Source: an uncultured Rikenellaceae bacterium
GTDB lineage: Bacteria > Bacteroidota > Bacteroidia > Bacteroidales > VadinHA17
Reading direction: 5' to 3'
Assembly: GCA_964568875.1 (NCBI GenBank)
Contig: CAZMSH010000012.1
Coordinates: forward strand, 28,228 to 92,227
Length of the DNA: 64,000 nucleotides
Positions 47,689-57,986 of the stretch are shown here, piece after piece. Numbering within the stretch: the stretch's first letter is position 1; every line of letters begins with the position of its first letter. The notes below the pieces were generated by a model that was given only the letters and a program-made list of their open reading frames with translations, was not told the DNA's origin and did not search any database. Made by a program: the position numbers and the translations under genes.

Positions 47689-49332
47689 TTATTTCCCTGT
47701 CATATTCATTGTTGCCACATACCAGTTGGCATCAGGAACCAGTACAGGATTCACGTTACCTGTGTCCAGGGTAGTCCAGCGCGACGATGGCGTCAGCAGA
47801 TGAGTGGTACCTGATATAGTAACCCTCAGCGGCATATTGAAGCGCGGCACGCAGTTCGTCCAGCGATATGTCAGCTCTTTCCCTTTGACATAATATTCCA
47901 GCACCGGTATTCTGACGTCGCGAAGGTATTGATCGAAAAAAGGCTTTAGGTCGAGTCCGGTTTTTTCGGACATATACTCCTCTATTTGTGCGCCTGACAC
48001 TGTCTGGTGCCAGAAATCCCTGTTCATTGAGCGCAGCAGATCTCTCCACTTTTCATCATCATTAATCCACTGTCTGAGAGTATGAAGCATATTGCCCCCT
48101 TTTGGATACATGTCGCCGGAACCGGCATAATTTACATCATATAAACCTACAATCGGTCTGTCATTCCTGATGCTGCGGCGTGTTCCCAGAACATACTCGC
48201 TTCCGGCCTTTTTGCCGTAGTGGTATTCTACAAAAAGGTTTTCTGAATAGTTAATAAAACTTTCATGTATCCACATATCTGCAATGTCAATGTATGTAAT
48301 ATTGTTTGCAAACCATTCGTGCCCCGATTCGTGGATTATGATGAAATCGAAAAGGTCGCCCCAGCCGGTTCCGCTCTGATCGCGTCCGCCATATCCGTTA
48401 CGGTATCCGTTGCCGTAGGTTACCGAGCTCTGGTGTTCCATGCCGGGGTAGGGTACATCTACCAACTTGTAACTGTCTTCATAAAACGGGTACGGACCGA
48501 ACCAGTGTTCAAAGGCTTCAAGCATCAGGTGGGCCTGTTTGAAATGGACCTTTGCCTTCTCGAGATTGTAGGGCAGGACCCAGTATTCGCAGTCGAGCGA
48601 ACCCAGTTCACCCTGATAGATATCTGAAAAACTTACATAATTACCGATGTTGATATTGACACAGTAGTTGCTGATGGGATTTGAGACAAACCAGTGCCAT
48701 GTCTTGGTGTTGTTGCTTTCCCGATCAACTTTCCTTAGTCGTCCGTTGGAGACGTTGACGAGATTTGCGGGCACATTGACGCTGATAAGCATACTGTCTG
48801 GCTCGTCATACATATGGTCTTTGCACGGCCACCAAAGGCTCGCACCATCACCCTGACAGGTGGAGACTATGAAGTGGTTGCCGTCGTCGTCTTTGTCCCA
48901 TGATATACCTCCTGACCACGGTGGTCGGGGAGCAACCTTTGGTTTACCTCCATAGTGTAGAACAATGTTCTTTATTGCATCCTTGGGTTGTGGATCAGGA
49001 AGTGTAATAAAATGAGCATTGCCATCCTTCTTTATGATCAGGTCTGTGCCATTCTGAACGGCCCTGGTCAGAACCAGAGGCTCCTGAAGATCTATCTGCA
49101 TTACCGCTGCGGGTTGCAATACCTTGTAGTGGACAGTATTGGTTCCTTCGATAGTCTGATTATCAGGATCAACGACTATGTCGAGATGATAGTATGTAAG
49201 ATCCCACCACGCCCTTTCAGGAGTTATAGAACCACGCAGAGTGTCTTGTCTTGTAAAGATGCGCTGCGACTGCGCCTTAACTGCCGGGTATATTGTACAC
49301 AGCAGTGTGAAAAGCAGAATGGTTTTTTTCAT
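47689..49332 (-). CDS. M1-family zinc metallopeptidase (aminopeptidase N-like)
   Basis: Signal peptide and HExxH-18-E (HESGHEWF ... WIHESF). Confidence 0.85.
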   Translation of the reverse strand: MKKTILLFTLLCTIYPAVKAQSQRIFTRQDTLRGSITPERAWWDLTYYHLDIVVDPDNQTIEGTNTVHYKVLQPAAVMQIDLQEPLVLTRAVQNGTDLIIKKDGNAHFITLPDPQPKDAIKNIVLHYGGKPKVAPRPPWSGGISWDKDDDGNHFIVSTCQGDGASLWWPCKDHMYDEPDSMLISVNVPANLVNVSNGRLRKVDRESNNTKTWHWFVSNPISNYCVNINIGNYVSFSDIYQGELGSLDCEYWVLPYNLEKAKVHFKQAHLMLEAFEHWFGPYPFYEDSYKLVDVPYPGMEHQSSVTYGNGYRNGYGGRDQSGTGWGDLFDFIIIHESGHEWFANNITYIDIADMWIHESFINYSENLFVEYHYGKKAGSEYVLGTRRSIRNDRPIVGLYDVNYAGSGDMYPKGGNMLHTLRQWINDDEKWRDLLRSMNRDFWHQTVSGAQIEEYMSEKTGLDLKPFFDQYLRDVRIPVLEYYVKGKELTYRWTNCVPRFNMPLRVTISGTTHLLTPSSRWTTLDTGNVNPVLVPDANWYVATMNMTGK

Positions 49333-49479
49333 GCCTCAGGTAAGTTGCGGAGGGTGAGGTCATTACATATCACCCTTGCCTGTTTATCGCAATAAAAATA
49401 CCAAATAGATCAATTGGGAACCCTATTTTCGTTACAATTCCATCTATTTACTATGACCTGTAGCAGCATCAGAATGCCT

Positions 49480-50931
49480 TCATTTCTGACTTTCAGGGAG
49501 CTCAATTATCAATCTCCTGCTGTAAGGGTCGATGGTGAAGATGAAATTCCGGAAGAAATCCGGACCGATATCACCGGCCGCACCAAGCCCTGTATATTTG
49601 TTGCCAAGTACAAAATTAGGAACATGACCAGATTTGACATCATAAGTTATATCTCCTACCTCAAGAGTGAAGTCAGCCATTGTGACCGGATAATCTGCCC
49701 CTCTCCAGACTACCGAGCCCTGATATGGCTCAACGCCAAGCAGGGGTGCTGATATACTGTTCAGGTTAACGTCACGGGAACCGGTTTCAATCATCATAAG
49801 GACCTCCTGGTTGTTTACCTTGCATGGTACGTAGATCCAGCCGTTTCGCACAATGTAGTCAACGCAGGTGTAAGAATTATTGTTCTTAAGGTATGTATCC
49901 AAAGCAGTGCTGTCACGCAGCCATGCCTTTTTGTTCAGGGGATCAATAGTAATGGCACACGGTCCAAGTGAAAATGGAGAAAAACACCCGTCGGCTTTGC
50001 TGAAGGAACTATCAAAATAGCCTGTAACAACATTATTTATCGACGGATTGCTGAAGTGAACTGTCTTATAGTGAATGTCAGCAGGTTTTTCCATGTAATT
50101 ATACCATATTCCATCAGTTATGGAAAGAAGATCCTGTCCCTCAAGAGAGGCTCCCACTGAATCGTTATGTATAGTGAAGAGATTACTTCCTGAACCGGTA
50201 TCGAGTTCCATTTTTATTCTTTTGCCTGTTTTATCATACATAAAAAACCCCATACCTGGCCCGCAGTCTGCATATTCCAACTCTATCTCACCACTTATAC
50301 CTGATGGCCTGGGAAGTGTAGTAAGCAACTCCAGCAATGGACGGTCTTTTAATTGATAAGATGATATTGCCATTGAATTAAGGGTATCAAGATACGCCAG
50401 ACTCAGGGCTATATCAGTATCCCGGGCATAACCATACAATGCAATCCATGGAAGGGGTTTCACAATAATGTCTTTTGAAAGTTTGCCTGCCTCCCACGCT
50501 CTTCCTTCAATACCATTTCTATCCAGATCAAGCAGCCATTCAAGATATTTCAACTCGCCATTTCCGGGGTATGATGATAATCCATCAGCAAGCATATCAG
50601 ATGCTTCACTTTTGCCTATAAGAATCGCCTCCTTTATTCGTAAAACAGTACACTCCTCTGTAGAGCTCAACTGTTCAAGACTGCTCAAATACTTTTTATA
50701 GGTCTGACTCCCACTTAGCAATAATATCTCAGCCTTAATGTAGGTAGCTTCAACAGAATGAGGTTCTGACAACAGGGCAGTGTCAAGGTGCGACAAGGCA
50801 GCGTTAAGTCTGAAGGCTGCGGCTTCACTGCGGGCTTTTTCCAGGTGACTTCTCTGCGCCAGAATCTTAAAAGAACTGGTAACTAAACTGATAAGGACAA
50901 AAAGAACGATGAATGTTAATTTTTTTTTCAT
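49480..50931 (-). CDS. secreted protein with N-terminal helical repeat region and two retropepsin-like aspartic-protease-like domains
   Basis: Signal peptide. The first lobe has LDTGSGS (D244, 50200-50202) and ends AITIDPLNKKAWL. The second lobe has IETGSRD (E382, 49786-49788) and ends IFTIDPYSRRLII. Confidence 0.55.
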   Translation of the reverse strand: MKKKLTFIVLFVLISLVTSSFKILAQRSHLEKARSEAAAFRLNAALSHLDTALLSEPHSVEATYIKAEILLLSGSQTYKKYLSSLEQLSSTEECTVLRIKEAILIGKSEASDMLADGLSSYPGNGELKYLEWLLDLDRNGIEGRAWEAGKLSKDIIVKPLPWIALYGYARDTDIALSLAYLDTLNSMAISSYQLKDRPLLELLTTLPRPSGISGEIELEYADCGPGMGFFMYDKTGKRIKMELDTGSGSNLFTIHNDSVGASLEGQDLLSITDGIWYNYMEKPADIHYKTVHFSNPSINNVVTGYFDSSFSKADGCFSPFSLGPCAITIDPLNKKAWLRDSTALDTYLKNNNSYTCVDYIVRNGWIYVPCKVNNQEVLMMIETGSRDVNLNSISAPLLGVEPYQGSVVWRGADYPVTMADFTLEVGDITYDVKSGHVPNFVLGNKYTGLGAAGDIGPDFFRNFIFTIDPYSRRLIIELPESQK

Positions 50932-51123
50932 TTCAAGGTGTTTAAGGTTAATAAAAGAATTCGTCGCAAAGACGGAAAAAGACCGGAAATGCTTCAGATT
51001 TTGTGTGAATAACCAAACTTTAACACCATATTAACATAAAATGGACAGACAATTTGGAAAATCTAAATATAAATGTATATATTACACTTCTAAAAATGAT
51101 GATAACCAATAAACAGTTATATT

Positions 51124-53871
51124 ATGAAAATGTCGTTGAATAAGAGGTCTTTATGGATTTTATTTGCAGTGGCACTTTTGATGCCAGGCAATGCTTATAG
51201 TCAGAACAGGTGGCAGGTTCTTGCTGCCGAAGAGGGTACAATTGGTCTTGAGAGTGGTTTTATTGAGACAGAGACGGCCGGTTTCAACCTGAAAATAATA
51301 AGGGAATCGCAGTTGCTTACTGCCTTGCAGCCAAAGGGAGAGGATGGCTTTGATTTTACACCGTCTGACAGGCTTGAATCAAGGAAGAGTAACAGGTTGT
51401 ATCATCTGGGAGACCTTAATCTCAGGGTCAGGGCTGTGGATACCCAGGAGTGGATGCGCTTTTCATCTGCCCTCGATCGGGCTCCTGTGAAGGCCATACC
51501 TTCGGCAGGTGGCAACGTGATAGCGGCGGCTGATATAACATCGACTTTTGCAGATGGAATACCTCTGAAGATTGAGCGCTACTGGGAGAATCAAAACGGT
51601 GATCTGGTTCTCAGGTTCAGAATTATAAACAATTCTTCGTTTCCGGTAGAGATTGGTTCCCTTGGAATGCCTTTAATATTTAATAATATTCTCGATGGGA
51701 AGAATCTTGAACAGGCACATGCCATATGCTCATTTTACGACCCCTATATCGGGCAGGATGCAGGTTACCTGCAGGTGGCAAGGTTGCATGGTCTTGGCCA
51801 GGTTCTTCTGGTTCTGCCTTACGGAGACACTCCGTTTGAAGCATACAATCCGTTGCTTGACGATCGCACACCAAGGGGAATAACATTTGAGGGATTCTAT
51901 GAGTGGATGGCCCACAGCAGGGCTCATGCAGCTGAAGACTGGTCGGTTGCCGAACCATGGAATCATCCTACTATGACCAGACTTAATCCGGGTGAGTCAC
52001 GCGATTATGGTTTGAAGTTCGTCCTTGCACCGTCACTGCGTGATATTGAATCTACTCTGTTGAAACACAGCCGACCGGTTGCGATAGGTGTACCAGGCTA
52101 TGTCGTGCCGATGGACGTTGATGCCAGACTTTTCCTCAAACACGGAAGTGAGATTAAGTCGCTTGATGTGCATCCGGGAGGAGCTCTCGACATCACTGCA
52201 GGTCCGACCACTGCAAACGGATGGAAAACATATATGGTAAACGGCAAAGAGTGGGGCCGTGCAAGGCTCACAGTAACGTATGCCGACGGACTAAGGCAGT
52301 CAATAAATTATAATGTAATCAAGCCGGAGGAGCAGGTTGTGAATGATATGGGCAGGTTCTACACCAACGAACAGTGGTATGAGAATCCTGATGATCCCTT
52401 CAAACGCCATTTGTCAGTAATAAGCTACGACTACGGGCGCATGCAGCAGGTTACTGAAGACAGCAGGGCGTGGGTAGCCGGTTTGAGTGATGAGGGTGGC
52501 GCAGGCTCATGGCTGGGCGCCATGATGAAACAGCTGATTCAGCCTGACGCAGAAGAGATGAAGAAGATGCAGGCCTTTGTACACAACACTCTCTGGGGTG
52601 GTATACAGTACAGTGAAGGTGACAGGAAGTATGGTGTCAGGAAAAGTCTCTTTTATTATGATCCTGATAATATGCCCGAAGGTACATACAGTCCGGATAT
52701 TAACTACGGAGGATGGTCGGCATGGAACAAGAAGGAGGCTGAATCGACAGGCCGTTCCTATAATTATCCGCACGTCGCTGCTGCCTGGTGGGTAATGTAC
52801 CAGCTTGAGCGGAACCACAACGGCTTTGTAACGGGAGCCAGTTGGGAATGGTATCTTGAACAGGCGTTCCATACCTCAGTAGCGATGGTTCAGCAGGCTC
52901 CCTATTACGCGCAGTTCGGTCAGATGGAAGGAACCATTTTCTTCCTTATTCTTCTTGACCTGCAGCGCGAGGGTATGACTGAAATGGCGGTTAAGCTCGA
53001 AGAGGTTATGAAAAAGCGTGCCGATGTATGGTATGCTCTTAAATACCCGTTCGGAAGTGAAATGCCGTGGGATTCAACCGGACAGGAAGAGGTGTACATG
53101 TGGTCGAAGTACTTCGGTTATGATGAAAAGGCTGATGTAACCCTAAACGCGATTCTTGCCTACATGCCTACAGTGCCTCACTGGGGGTACAACGGCAGCG
53201 CACGCAGGTACTGGGATTTCCAGTATGCGGGAAAACTGAGGCGGATAGAGCGTCAGCTGCATCACTATGGCTCAGCCCTGAATTCCATTCCTGTTCTTAC
53301 CGAATTCAGGGACAACCCTGACGATTTCTACCTCCTCAGGGTTGGTCATGCAGGTATGATGGGAGCTCTCTCGAACATAACACCTGAAGGTTTTGGTCCT
53401 TCAGCATTCCATGCATATCCTAATACACTAAGAATAGACCATCTTACAGGTGACTATGGCCCGGGGTTCTTTGGCTATGTTGTCAACTCAGGAACATACC
53501 TGACACAGCACAAAGAGTTTGGCTGGCTTTCATTCGGAGGGAACACGGATATCTCATCAAAACTTATAACGGTCAGACCAACAACAGCGGCCCGCACAAG
53601 GATATATCTTGCACCCATGGGCCTCTGGCTGACGCTCGACGCCGGAAAGTTTGAAAGCGTATCGCTGAACCCAAAAAATGGCCAGGTAATCGTAAGACTT
53701 GATCCGGCGACGGTAAATACTAAACAGGCTCGCATCAGGATTGAACAACCTGCCCGACCATCAGGAGCGGGTGTGTACGGGGCTCCATCAAACCTTGTTG
53801 AGGAGAGAGGCGCCTTTACGCTTAATCTTGGCTCAGGGATAACAGAACTTGTTCTGAAACCAGGGAAGTAA
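51124..53871 (+). CDS. large secreted hypothetical protein (possibly DUF5695-like, glycoside-hydrolase-like)
   Basis: Signal peptide MKMSLNKRSLWILFAVALLMPGNAYSQ and 915 aa rich in aromatic residues. The family assignment is from memory only. Confidence 0.4.
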   Translation: MKMSLNKRSLWILFAVALLMPGNAYSQNRWQVLAAEEGTIGLESGFIETETAGFNLKIIRESQLLTALQPKGEDGFDFTPSDRLESRKSNRLYHLGDLNLRVRAVDTQEWMRFSSALDRAPVKAIPSAGGNVIAAADITSTFADGIPLKIERYWENQNGDLVLRFRIINNSSFPVEIGSLGMPLIFNNILDGKNLEQAHAICSFYDPYIGQDAGYLQVARLHGLGQVLLVLPYGDTPFEAYNPLLDDRTPRGITFEGFYEWMAHSRAHAAEDWSVAEPWNHPTMTRLNPGESRDYGLKFVLAPSLRDIESTLLKHSRPVAIGVPGYVVPMDVDARLFLKHGSEIKSLDVHPGGALDITAGPTTANGWKTYMVNGKEWGRARLTVTYADGLRQSINYNVIKPEEQVVNDMGRFYTNEQWYENPDDPFKRHLSVISYDYGRMQQVTEDSRAWVAGLSDEGGAGSWLGAMMKQLIQPDAEEMKKMQAFVHNTLWGGIQYSEGDRKYGVRKSLFYYDPDNMPEGTYSPDINYGGWSAWNKKEAESTGRSYNYPHVAAAWWVMYQLERNHNGFVTGASWEWYLEQAFHTSVAMVQQAPYYAQFGQMEGTIFFLILLDLQREGMTEMAVKLEEVMKKRADVWYALKYPFGSEMPWDSTGQEEVYMWSKYFGYDEKADVTLNAILAYMPTVPHWGYNGSARRYWDFQYAGKLRRIERQLHHYGSALNSIPVLTEFRDNPDDFYLLRVGHAGMMGALSNITPEGFGPSAFHAYPNTLRIDHLTGDYGPGFFGYVVNSGTYLTQHKEFGWLSFGGNTDISSKLITVRPTTAARTRIYLAPMGLWLTLDAGKFESVSLNPKNGQVIVRLDPATVNTKQARIRIEQPARPSGAGVYGAPSNLVEERGAFTLNLGSGITELVLKPGK

Positions 53872-53942
53872 TAGTGTAATATAGCAGCTCCTGACGATTT
53901 TGCAGGATTCAGACAGGGGTGTAGTATTCAAAAACTAAGTAA

Positions 53943-53994
53943 CGGGAAGCTGACAGGTGTAAGTAATGGCATCTGACAGCTTCCCGTACATTTT
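53943..53994 (+). terminator. putative rho-independent terminator
   Basis: CGGGAAGCTG (53943-53952) pairs with CAGCTTCCCG (53977-53986), followed by TACATTTTCT. The hairpin starts 72 nt after the stop at 53871. Confidence 0.55.
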
Positions 53995-54148
53995 CTGACC
54001 ATAAACGTGATTATAATTATTAACAATCATAAAAGATTATTTGTGTTTTTTTCTGAATAAGTTAGTTTTGCGAATTGCAGTGAGGATGATACCATAACCA
54101 CCCTGCAAAACCTGATATCTGTAAAATTTTAACCTTCTACCAGTAATC

Positions 54149-55291
54149 ATGAGAAAAGAAAAAACTTTAGGAATCCTTAAGCTTGTAACTGCTTTTGCCA
54201 TATTGATACAGGTATCCTCCTGTACCCAGCCACAGCCACCTGTCGTCAAAACCCTTGAGGTGACCAACATAGAAGGCAATCAAGCCCGGAGCGGCGGACA
54301 AATTATTGCCGACGGTGATGCTCAGATAGTTTCAAAGGGGATTTGCTGGGGCACAGATATGTTCGTAGATACCAGTAATTTCAAAACTACTCTCGGCCCC
54401 GGGGCAGAGGATTTCATAGGCATAATGACCAATCTTGAGTATAATACAACATATTTCGTTGCAGCATATGCCATAAATGAGGCTGGAATTTCATACGGAG
54501 AAACACTGCCCTTCCAGTCAGCAGCAATGATACCAACAGTAGTTACTTCGGATTACAGAGAACTCACATCCACTTCAGTATTTGTCTGGGGAGAAATAAC
54601 CGCTGACGGGGGTGTGGATATAACTGAAAGAGGTATTTGCTGGGGTACGTCTCCTGAACCTGATATAAGCGGAAACAAAATATTTGAAACTCTTGGAAAC
54701 CCCCAGTTTGGATTTACAATAACCGGACTACAGCCAGGTACTGATTATTACGTAAGGGCGTATGCCACTAACAGGTCCGGAACAGGCTACGGGGAACAGT
54801 TAAGCTTTCGTACCCCACTGTACAGTATCGGCCAGACATATGGAGGAGGAATTATTTTCTATCTCGATCAAACCGGTGAGCATGGTCTCATTGCGGCTCC
54901 TGCCGACCAAAGTAGCGGTGCCGAATGGGGTTGCGCAGGCACTTCAGTGTCAACATCGGCAGCAGTGGGTACCGGTAACCAAAACACCATCAACATACTC
55001 TCTGCATGCCCGACACCCGGTATAGCGGCACGACTGTGTGATGAACTCGATTTGAATGGTTATCAGGACTGGTATCTGCCTTCGATTGATGAACTGACAT
55101 TGATGTATTCCAATTTGCATAAAAAGGGCATCGGTAATTTCAATGCAGATAAAGAATACTGGAGTTCAACACAGCATCCCACACCAAATCTGGGTTACAT
55201 TTACCATTTTCGGTGGGAGTACGCCGGGGGCATAATTAAGTCAGGAGATTCTATGTCTCTTGTCAATGTAAGAGCCATTAGGGCATTCTGA
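54149..55291 (+). CDS. lipoprotein with two Fn3-like repeats and C-terminal DUF1566 (Lcl C-terminal-like) domain
   Basis: Lipobox VSSC, a duplicated module containing GICWGT, and the C-terminal motif DWYLPSIDELTLMY typical of DUF1566. Confidence 0.6.
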   Translation: MRKEKTLGILKLVTAFAILIQVSSCTQPQPPVVKTLEVTNIEGNQARSGGQIIADGDAQIVSKGICWGTDMFVDTSNFKTTLGPGAEDFIGIMTNLEYNTTYFVAAYAINEAGISYGETLPFQSAAMIPTVVTSDYRELTSTSVFVWGEITADGGVDITERGICWGTSPEPDISGNKIFETLGNPQFGFTITGLQPGTDYYVRAYATNRSGTGYGEQLSFRTPLYSIGQTYGGGIIFYLDQTGEHGLIAAPADQSSGAEWGCAGTSVSTSAAVGTGNQNTINILSACPTPGIAARLCDELDLNGYQDWYLPSIDELTLMYSNLHKKGIGNFNADKEYWSSTQHPTPNLGYIYHFRWEYAGGIIKSGDSMSLVNVRAIRAF

Positions 55292-55325
55292 TCCTTAAAA
55301 AACGGTTATATAAAGCCGGTAGGAT

Positions 55326-56207
55326 TTAAACTGAGACCTTCTGACTTTCGTTAAGATCCGATATGAATCCGGTCAGAATATCAGCCACCTCAGCACTGTG
55401 TGAACGCTTGTTGGTTTCTACATCAAAATAGCTGCTGCCAGGAAGGGCCTGAGCTATGTTTGAGGCCTCATCGTGGCTGTGAAACCTGTCATGAGAGACA
55501 CCGATTACCAATACCGGCACATCAACAGTGCCGAGATCATCCCATATCTCATACGACGATACATCAACAACCGTCCGGGCAAGCTTTTTCGGATCGGCCT
55601 GGTCGAGTATGCGGGCGTTGATCTCATACATCTCGTAGTCTCCCTCCTCATTAATGTGGAACTTTTTCATATACCACTTCAGGAAGGGCTTCAAAACAGG
55701 ATAAAGCGGCACTGCAACCCTGGCAAGTGGTGGAAGCCACCATGGCCAGGGGAATGAGGCGGAAGGCTCAATAAGTACCAGGGCCTCAGGCTTTTTTCTT
55801 AGGTGCCTCAGCGCAGCAACAGCCACTGCTGTCCCGAGTGAATAACCCATAATGATATAACCTCCGGCCTGGAGACCAAGTAATTCCAACGCCTCCGGCA
55901 GATCTGAGGCGATTCCCGGGATGGAAAAGCCCGCCTTGCCATTTATCACCGATGATCCCTTTTCACGTGTCTCCAGAAAGTAAACCCTGTGCCTTTCAGC
56001 CAGGGCCTCTACCGTTTCATGAAAGTTCTCATACACCGACCCCAGTCCCGGCAGCAACAGAATGTCAGACATTCTGTTCTCTTCACCAGGACAGTTGTCA
56101 AATTCCACGACATTAAGGCCTATGCCGGATGACAGCAACAGACGCCGGCTGTACCCTGAATTTGCCGCCACGCGCTTTGACTGGGTTTCTGTTACCGGGA
56201 TTTCCAT
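55326..56207 (-). CDS. alpha/beta-fold hydrolase
   Basis: Nucleophile elbow GYSLG, a C-terminal Asp and a His-containing end. The start is uncertain (ATG at 56207 or TTG at 56243). Confidence 0.7.
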   Translation of the reverse strand: MEIPVTETQSKRVAANSGYSRRLLLSSGIGLNVVEFDNCPGEENRMSDILLLPGLGSVYENFHETVEALAERHRVYFLETREKGSSVINGKAGFSIPGIASDLPEALELLGLQAGGYIIMGYSLGTAVAVAALRHLRKKPEALVLIEPSASFPWPWWLPPLARVAVPLYPVLKPFLKWYMKKFHINEEGDYEMYEINARILDQADPKKLARTVVDVSSYEIWDDLGTVDVPVLVIGVSHDRFHSHDEASNIAQALPGSSYFDVETNKRSHSAEVADILTGFISDLNESQKVSV

Positions 56208-56489
56208 GAATCGAAGTTCATCATAAATGACATAACCCCGCAAAAATAGTATTTATCTGAATTTATTTACCGGCTACCCAGGTCTCATTTACCACCGCCA
56301 TTCATCAGTTCACCTGCCGCCACCTGCCATATTCCCCACAGCAATTCCGCCGTGCCCCGGCAGTTACCTGCTTCATTCACCACCGGCATTCCTCCGTTCA
56401 CCGACCGCAAACCGCCATTGGCCTACTTTGCGGGTTTTATTATCAGCAATATGCTGAATACCATATATATTTGTTCGAAAACAAACCTG

Positions 56490-57986
56490 ATGAACAACCC
56501 GAGGAGCGCAATCATAGCAGGCGCCGGCATCGGCGGCATAACCACCGCTCTATACCTGGCACGCAACGGATACAGTGTGGAAATCTACGAAAAGAACAGC
56601 TTCCCCGGAGGAAGATGCGGCCAGATGACCCGCGATGGCTACAGATTCGACATGGGCGCTACCATGATGCTGATGCCAGAGGTATACCGCGATATCTTCC
56701 GTTCACTCGGTACAGAGCTTGAAGACGAACTCTCCGTCACTAAGATGGAAGATCTTTATACGGTCTGGTTCGACAACGGCAGCAAGCTGGTCTTCACTAC
56801 AGATGAAAAGCGTATGGCAGACCAACTCGAGCAGTTCGAAAAGGGAAGCGCACCCCGCGAACGTGAGTATGTACGAAAAGGCCATGAGCTTTATACACTG
56901 GGTTTCCGTAAACTCCTGGGCCGTAACTTCCTTCGCATAACAGACTTCATCAACCTCCGAAACACACTTCTCCTGGTAAAACTGAAGACCTACATCTCAC
57001 ACAGCCGTTACACGCGCCGATTCTTCCGAAATCCGCACCTTCAGATGGCCTACACTTTTCAGAATATCTACGTCGGCCAGAGTCCTTTCTCCGCGCCAGC
57101 CCTCTTTTCAATGATCCCCGCCGCCGAACTCACCGAAGGCTCACTCTTCCCCCGTGGTGGCATGTTCAGTCTGGTTGAAAAGCTTATGTCCCTATGCGAA
57201 AAAGAGGGGGTGAAATTCCATTACAACAAGAGTGTTCAGCACATTTCTGTTCGGGGGAACCGCGCCCTCGGTTTCGAATTTGCCGACGGAACCGCAGCAA
57301 AAGCCGACGTGATAATAGCCAACGCCGATCTCCCATATGTCTATCGCGAACTCCTGCCTCCATCATTCAAATCGTGGAAGCTCAGGCAGATGAAGTACTC
57401 AGCCTCAGCACTGGTATTCCATTGGGGCGTCGACAAGATATATCCGCAGCTCGGGCATCACAGCATCTTCCTGTCTGATGATTTCCGCGACGGACTCAAT
57501 GCCATATTCAAAAAGCGCTCAATAGGCAAGGATCCGAGTTTTTATGTTCACGCTCCCGTGCGTACCGACCCGACGGCAGCACCTCCGGGGTGTGATGCAC
57601 TCACGGTAGTCATCGGGGCCGGACACTACCGCAGCTCAGACAATCATGACTGGCAGGCGATGCAGGAGAATGCACGTACAGCTGTCATCAATAAGCTTAA
57701 AAGAGCTGGTTTGACCGATATAGAAGAACATATAAGGTTTGAAATACCATGTACTCCCGTAGCCTGGGAGAGCATGCTGAATGTGACCCATGGATCGGTG
57801 TTCGGAAGCCTGGGCCATAATATACTGCAGATGGGGTACTTTCGCCCTCACAATCGCGACAGGAGATACCGTAACCTCTATTTCACCGGAGGCAGTACTC
57901 ACCCCGGAAACGGAATACCCATGATACTGCTGTCAGCAAAACTTGTTACCGAAAGGATTCTGAATGATGACGTAAAAGAAAGATAA
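56490..57986 (+). CDS. crtI: phytoene desaturase family oxidoreductase (CrtI/CrtN type)
   Basis: The FAD dinucleotide fold AIIAGAGIGGITTALYLARNG comes right after the ATG at 56490 (verified). The C-terminal motif is YFTGGSTHPGNGIP. Confidence 0.85.
   Translation: MNNPRSAIIAGAGIGGITTALYLARNGYSVEIYEKNSFPGGRCGQMTRDGYRFDMGATMMLMPEVYRDIFRSLGTELEDELSVTKMEDLYTVWFDNGSKLVFTTDEKRMADQLEQFEKGSAPREREYVRKGHELYTLGFRKLLGRNFLRITDFINLRNTLLLVKLKTYISHSRYTRRFFRNPHLQMAYTFQNIYVGQSPFSAPALFSMIPAAELTEGSLFPRGGMFSLVEKLMSLCEKEGVKFHYNKSVQHISVRGNRALGFEFADGTAAKADVIIANADLPYVYRELLPPSFKSWKLRQMKYSASALVFHWGVDKIYPQLGHHSIFLSDDFRDGLNAIFKKRSIGKDPSFYVHAPVRTDPTAAPPGCDALTVVIGAGHYRSSDNHDWQAMQENARTAVINKLKRAGLTDIEEHIRFEIPCTPVAWESMLNVTHGSVFGSLGHNILQMGYFRPHNRDRRYRNLYFTGGSTHPGNGIPMILLSAKLVTERILNDDVKER

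Noticed and set aside
56352-56489. N-terminal 46-aa extension of crtI in the ORF track
   Set aside because: The extension is encoded by the low-complexity heptad-like spacer. The FAD-binding GxGxxG fold starts right after the ATG at 56490, as in other CrtI proteins.
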